Assembly: GCA_044447665.1 (NCBI GenBank)
Contig: JBIOGB010000021.1
Span: 2,403-66,402 of the forward strand
From: Candidatus Acidiferrales bacterium
Lineage (GTDB): Bacteria; Acidobacteriota; Terriglobia; Acidiferrales; UBA7541
DNA: 64,000 nt
Reading direction: 5' to 3'
In this document: positions 60,216 to 64,000 of the stretch, in pieces
Layout: every line of letters begins with the position of its first letter
Numbering within the stretch: the stretch's first letter is position 1
Position numbers and translations under genes: made by a program
The notes under the pieces: model-generated
Seen by the model: only the letters and a program-made list of their open reading frames with translations
Told to the model about the DNA's origin: nothing
Database searches by the model: none

Positions 60216-61928
60216 CTAGTGAACCTGCACTTCGGCGAAGCGGTGACCGCGCGCGTCGGTTACGTGCACAGCGCACGCCAGACAGGGATCGAAAGAATGG
60301 ATTGTGCGCAGGATTTCGACGGGACGCTCGGGGTCCGCGACGGGAGTCTTCAACAGGGCAGCTTCATAAGCGCCGCGCTGACCTTTTGCGTCCCGCGGCC
60401 CTGCATTCCAGGTGGTAGGAACTACACACTGGTAATTCTTGATGGCGCGATCTTCGATTTGAACCCAATGTCCCAATGCTCCGCGAGGAGCTTCATGGAA
60501 ACCCCAGCCCCGGGCAGACTTCGGCCAAGTGGCAGGGTCCCACTTTTCGCCCTCGTGAATTCGGAGGTTTCCATGAGCGAGATTAACGCCGAGTTCATCA
60601 ATCCACTTCGGAACCTCTCTGGCCATCAGTTGAGTCTCAATCGCGCGTGCCGCAATCCGCCCGAGCGTGGAAAACAGTGCCGTTGCCGGAGCGTTCAGTT
60701 TGGTCAGAACGCCGTTAACCAGCTCCTTGACTCCTGCATGCCCTGAAGCGTACGCCACCAGCATTCGAGCAAGCGGACCTACTTCCATGGGAGTATCCAT
60801 GTAGCGGGGCGATTTTAGCCAGGAATACTTTTGATCAACATTCAAGTGCTCAAACGGAGGGGTGGGCCCAGTGAACTTCGGCTGCGTCTCCCCGTCATAG
60901 GGGTGCTTGCCGGCAGAATCGCCGCCCGAATACTCATACCAGGAATGCGTTACATACTCGGTGACACTCGCCGGATCCACTGGATGAACTTGGGACAAGT
61001 CGCGCCCGAGGATGGCCCCGCGTGGCAGAAAGTATCGCCCAGCGTCATGAATTCCTCCCATGGGATATTCCCCATAAGAAAGGAAGTTTCCCAGCCCTTC
61101 ACCGCGCCCGAACCAATCGCGATAGAAACCAGCGACAGCCAGCACATCCGGAATATAAACCTGCTCGACAAAGGTCTGCGCCGTCTTGGCAATCTCCGCA
61201 AGAAACGTAATTCGCTCTGAATTGATCGGAGCTTGAGGCTCGTTTGAATCCATTGCACATGCCATTCCACCCACGAGGTAGGTCTGAAGGTGCGGGTTTT
61301 TGCCTCCAAGCACGGCATGGATGCGGATGAATTCCCGCTGAAATTCCAGCGCCTCGATGTAGTGTGCTACAGCAAGCAAATTTGCTTCGGGTGGCAGATG
61401 GTAGGCTGGGTGACCCCAATATCCGCTCGAAAACAGGCTCAACTGCTTGCTCTCCACCAGGGCCTTAACGCGGTCCTGGATCGCCTTAAAATAATTGCGA
61501 CTGGACTTCGGCCAGCTCGAGATGGATTCGGCGAGTTGCGAAGTCTTGGCCGGGTCGGCTCTCAGGGCCAGCGTAACGTCCACCCAGTCCAGCGCGTGCA
61601 GGTGATAGAAGTGAATTACGTGGTCCTGCACATACTGCGTTGCTCCGATGATGTTCCGTATGATCCGCGCGTTATCGGGAACTTCGATTCCGAGCGCGTC
61701 TTCGACCGCACGCACTGAAGTGAGCGCGTGAACTGTGGTGCAGACTCCGCAGATGCGTTGCGCCCAAATCCAGGCTTCACGCGGGTCACGACCGCGCAAA
61801 ATCAGCTCAATCCCTCGGAACATGGTTCCGGAACTCCAAGCGTCGGTGATTGCTCCACCCTCCACCTCTGCTTCGATACGCAGATGCCCTTCAATGCGAG
61901 TGACTGGGTCTACGACAATTCGTGCCAT
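60216..61928 (-). CDS. Group 1 [NiFe]-hydrogenase large subunit
   Basis: 'DPVTRIEGH', L1 'QRICGVC', L2 'FDPCLACAVH' plus a 15-aa cleavable tail. Confidence 0.96.
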   Translation of the reverse strand: MARIVVDPVTRIEGHLRIEAEVEGGAITDAWSSGTMFRGIELILRGRDPREAWIWAQRICGVCTTVHALTSVRAVEDALGIEVPDNARIIRNIIGATQYVQDHVIHFYHLHALDWVDVTLALRADPAKTSQLAESISSWPKSSRNYFKAIQDRVKALVESKQLSLFSSGYWGHPAYHLPPEANLLAVAHYIEALEFQREFIRIHAVLGGKNPHLQTYLVGGMACAMDSNEPQAPINSERITFLAEIAKTAQTFVEQVYIPDVLAVAGFYRDWFGRGEGLGNFLSYGEYPMGGIHDAGRYFLPRGAILGRDLSQVHPVDPASVTEYVTHSWYEYSGGDSAGKHPYDGETQPKFTGPTPPFEHLNVDQKYSWLKSPRYMDTPMEVGPLARMLVAYASGHAGVKELVNGVLTKLNAPATALFSTLGRIAARAIETQLMAREVPKWIDELGVNLAHGNLRIHEGEKWDPATWPKSARGWGFHEAPRGALGHWVQIEDRAIKNYQCVVPTTWNAGPRDAKGQRGAYEAALLKTPVADPERPVEILRTIHSFDPCLACAVHVTDARGHRFAEVQVH

Positions 61929-61937
61929 GAAACCCTC

Positions 61938-63062
61938 CTATGACTGAGCAGCGTTGTCCGGCTTTGCCTTCTGTTTTTCGGGAGGCGTCGTTTCGTGCCG
62001 TGGACGGTCCCGTACTGCACTGGCGATTCCGTGAAGAATCGTTGCGCCAGCAACCGCACCCGTTAGGACCAAGCCAATCTCACCCGCGGGAACATCCACG
62101 CCAAAGCCAGGCACCTGCGGCAACCGCTCATAAAACGGCGACTTGGTATCCCAGAAACGGTGGGAGGCACATGCCAGGCAGCCGTGGCCTGCTTTCACCG
62201 GCCAGCTCGTCTGATCGTTCCAACGAACGTTGGGGCAGTTGAAGGTGGCTTGCGGCCCTTTGCAGCCCATCTTATAGAGGCACCAGCCCTTTCGGTGCCC
62301 TTCGTCTCCCCACTCCTCGACGTAGCGTCCGGCGTCGTAGTGAGCGCGCCGCTCGCACTGGTCATGAATGATGCGGCCGTAGGCGAATAGCGGCCGGCGG
62401 TACTGATCCGTGGCAGGCAGTTCGCCGAAGGTCAAGTAGTGCACCAGAACCGCAACGGTATTCGCGGGGTTTTGCGGACATCCAGGCATGTTGATAAGGT
62501 TGATCCCAGGCACGGCTTCCTCGAGCCCTACCGCGCCGGTGGGATTCGGATGAGCGGCTACCAAACCGCCGTCCCAAGCGCAAGCGCCCACGGCAATGGA
62601 TGCGGCCGCATTTCCACAGACTTCGCGCGCAAGGTCGATTGCCGTTCGCCCAGCCACCGTACAGTAGACCCCACCGTCCGCCAGAGGTATGGCCCCTTCC
62701 ACGACCGCTAAGTACTTTCCTTTCTCTTCCTTGACAACACGCTGGAGCGCTGCCTCGGCGTGCTTTCCGGCTCCTGCCATGATGAGTTCGTGGTACTCCC
62801 AGGAAAGTAAATCCAGGACGACTTCCAGCACAGTTGGGTGACTGGCCCGTAAGATGGATTCGGAATTTCCGGCGCAGTCCTGGAATTGTAGCCAGACCAG
62901 TACAGGCTTCTTGGCCTTGCCAAGAGCTTCAACGACTTGTGCCAGGTAGCGGTCGGGCAGAGCCAAGGTCGCCACCATTGCACTGCAGAACTCAATAAAG
63001 CGCCTGCGAGAAACTCCATGAGCTTTCAATGCGCCGGAGAGAGACTGTCCTTCAGGAAACAT
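61938..63062 (-). CDS. Group 1 [NiFe]-hydrogenase small subunit (Tat signal, C-terminal TM anchor)
   Basis: 'SRRRFIEFC', 'QDCAGNSES', 'PGCP', 'HDQCERR', 'CLYKMGCKGP', 'WPVKAGHGCLAC'. Confidence 0.95.
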   Translation of the reverse strand: MFPEGQSLSGALKAHGVSRRRFIEFCSAMVATLALPDRYLAQVVEALGKAKKPVLVWLQFQDCAGNSESILRASHPTVLEVVLDLLSWEYHELIMAGAGKHAEAALQRVVKEEKGKYLAVVEGAIPLADGGVYCTVAGRTAIDLAREVCGNAAASIAVGACAWDGGLVAAHPNPTGAVGLEEAVPGINLINMPGCPQNPANTVAVLVHYLTFGELPATDQYRRPLFAYGRIIHDQCERRAHYDAGRYVEEWGDEGHRKGWCLYKMGCKGPQATFNCPNVRWNDQTSWPVKAGHGCLACASHRFWDTKSPFYERLPQVPGFGVDVPAGEIGLVLTGAVAGATILHGIASAVRDRPRHETTPPEKQKAKPDNAAQS

Positions 63063-63144
63063 GCGTCACCTCAGTTGGGGGGAGACCCGGCGGGATTCTT
63101 GCTTGGGTTCAAAGGTTACCTCGTCCGCCCTTCATGGCTGATTT

Positions 63145-63208
63145 GGTGTAGCAAGGTCCTTAACCAGCTTCAGTGACCGGCATCACCTATCAAAGTGACC
63201 TTGCTCAC
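63145..63208 (-). promoter_or_regulatory. Two perfect GTGA-N6-TCAC boxes (63173-63186, 63195-63208), extended -10-like TGcTACACC
   Basis: 22-bp spacing. Directly upstream of the hydrogenase operon. Confidence 0.78.
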
Positions 63209-63414
63209 TACGGACCTGTAACGAAGGCTTCACGAAATGGCTAGCTTGGCCCGGAGCCGCGGATCGCCCTTCGCGTCGCCGGTCGGATCGTTCGATCACT
63301 TCGTTGCGGCGGGACCCGGCCCGGAGCTTTGTGCGCGGAGGAGGTCCGGTGTAAATTACAGTCCACAATGACCGCGGGTTTCTGCGCGGCAGGAACAACC
63401 GGGGACGGAATCGA

Positions 63415-64000
63415 ATGGCCGAACATATGAGCGAACTCGAAGCAGCTTGGAAGACGGATCCACGCTGGAATGGAATCGTGCGGCCGTATTCAGCGAGCGA
63501 CGTGGAGCGGTTGCGCGGCACGCTGCGCATCGAATACACGCTCGCGAAAGCCGGAGCCGAACGGCTTTGGAAGCTGCTGCACTCAGAGATGCATGTGAAG
63601 GCGCTCGGCGCGATGACGGGCAACCAGGCGGTCGAGCAGGTGTCTGCGGGGCTGCCGTCCGTGTACGCAAGCGGATGGCAGGTGGCTGCCGATGCAAACA
63701 GTGCGGGGCAAATCTATCCGGATCAGGGATTATACCCGGCCGATAGCGTTCCCCGGCTCGTGCGCAGCATCAACAATGCCCAGCAGCGCGCCGACCAGCT
63801 GGACCATGCGGAGGGAAAGGACGGCACCTACTGGTACGCGCCGATTGTGGCCGATGCGGAGGGCGGCTTCGGCGGCACGCTGAACGCCTTTGAGCTGATG
63901 AAGGCGATGATCGAAGCGGGCGCCGCCGGAGTGCATTTCGAGGACCAGCTTTCGTCGGTGAAGAAATTCGGCACGATGGGCGGAAAAGCGGTTGTGCCTA
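63415..64000 (+). CDS. aceA: Isocitrate lyase homolog (3'-truncated by window edge) with altered catalytic motif
   Basis: Translated manually, absent from the ORF track: '[12 protein letters not shown]...[10 protein letters not shown]...[10 protein letters not shown]...YPDQGLYP...[11 protein letters not shown]...[20 protein letters not shown]'. Confidence 0.88.
   Translation, partial: MAEHMSELEAAWKTDPRWNGIVRPYSASDVERLRGTLRIEYTLAKAGAERLWKLLHSEMHVKALGAMTGNQAVEQVSAGLPSVYASGWQVAADANSAGQIYPDQGLYPADSVPRLVRSINNAQQRADQLDHAEGKDGTYWYAPIVADAEGGFGGTLNAFELMKAMIEAGAAGVHFEDQLSSVKKFGTMGGKAVVP

Noticed and set aside
1-64000. CRISPR array, tRNA/rRNA genes, integrase or transposase
   Set aside because: No regularly spaced repeats, cloverleaf/rRNA signatures or recombinase motifs were recognised by eye.

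Overview
Bacterial DNA with high GC. The ADOP-type permease, gene content and REP-like elements suggest Acidobacteria (inference). The window has two parts. (1) About 1-28.5 kb is core and metabolic genes: ADOP permease, glk, zwf, HAD phosphatase, YggX, an ATP-grasp + CCAEP-tail radical SAM pair, acnA, an Lgt-methyltransferase fusion, agmatinase/APC permease, PPK2, LacI, an LplT-Aas fusion and secreted hydrolases. (2) About 28.8-63.2 kb is a hypoxia/dormancy-type island: nitroreductase, truncated pncB, an acyl-CoA synthetase-ACP-acyltransferase fusion, RtcB + archease, USP, frameshifted YbaK, a PRTase-hydrolase fusion, CapA, PRPP synthetase, two Hsp20-like proteins, HPF-cold-shock fusion, class II RNR, OsmC, acsA-pdhABC-ACP and a complete group 1 [NiFe]-hydrogenase/hyp operon. 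Its content parallels the mycobacterial DosR regulon. Seven island promoter regions share one architecture read directly from the sequence: two GTGA-N6-TCAC (CRP/FNR-family-like) boxes starting exactly 22 bp apart, with a -10-like hexamer 22 nt beyond the proximal box. The window ends in an isocitrate lyase homolog whose catalytic KKCGH motif reads KKFGT. No rRNA, tRNA, CRISPR array or intact transposase was seen. Family assignments come from motif recognition and memory, not database searches.
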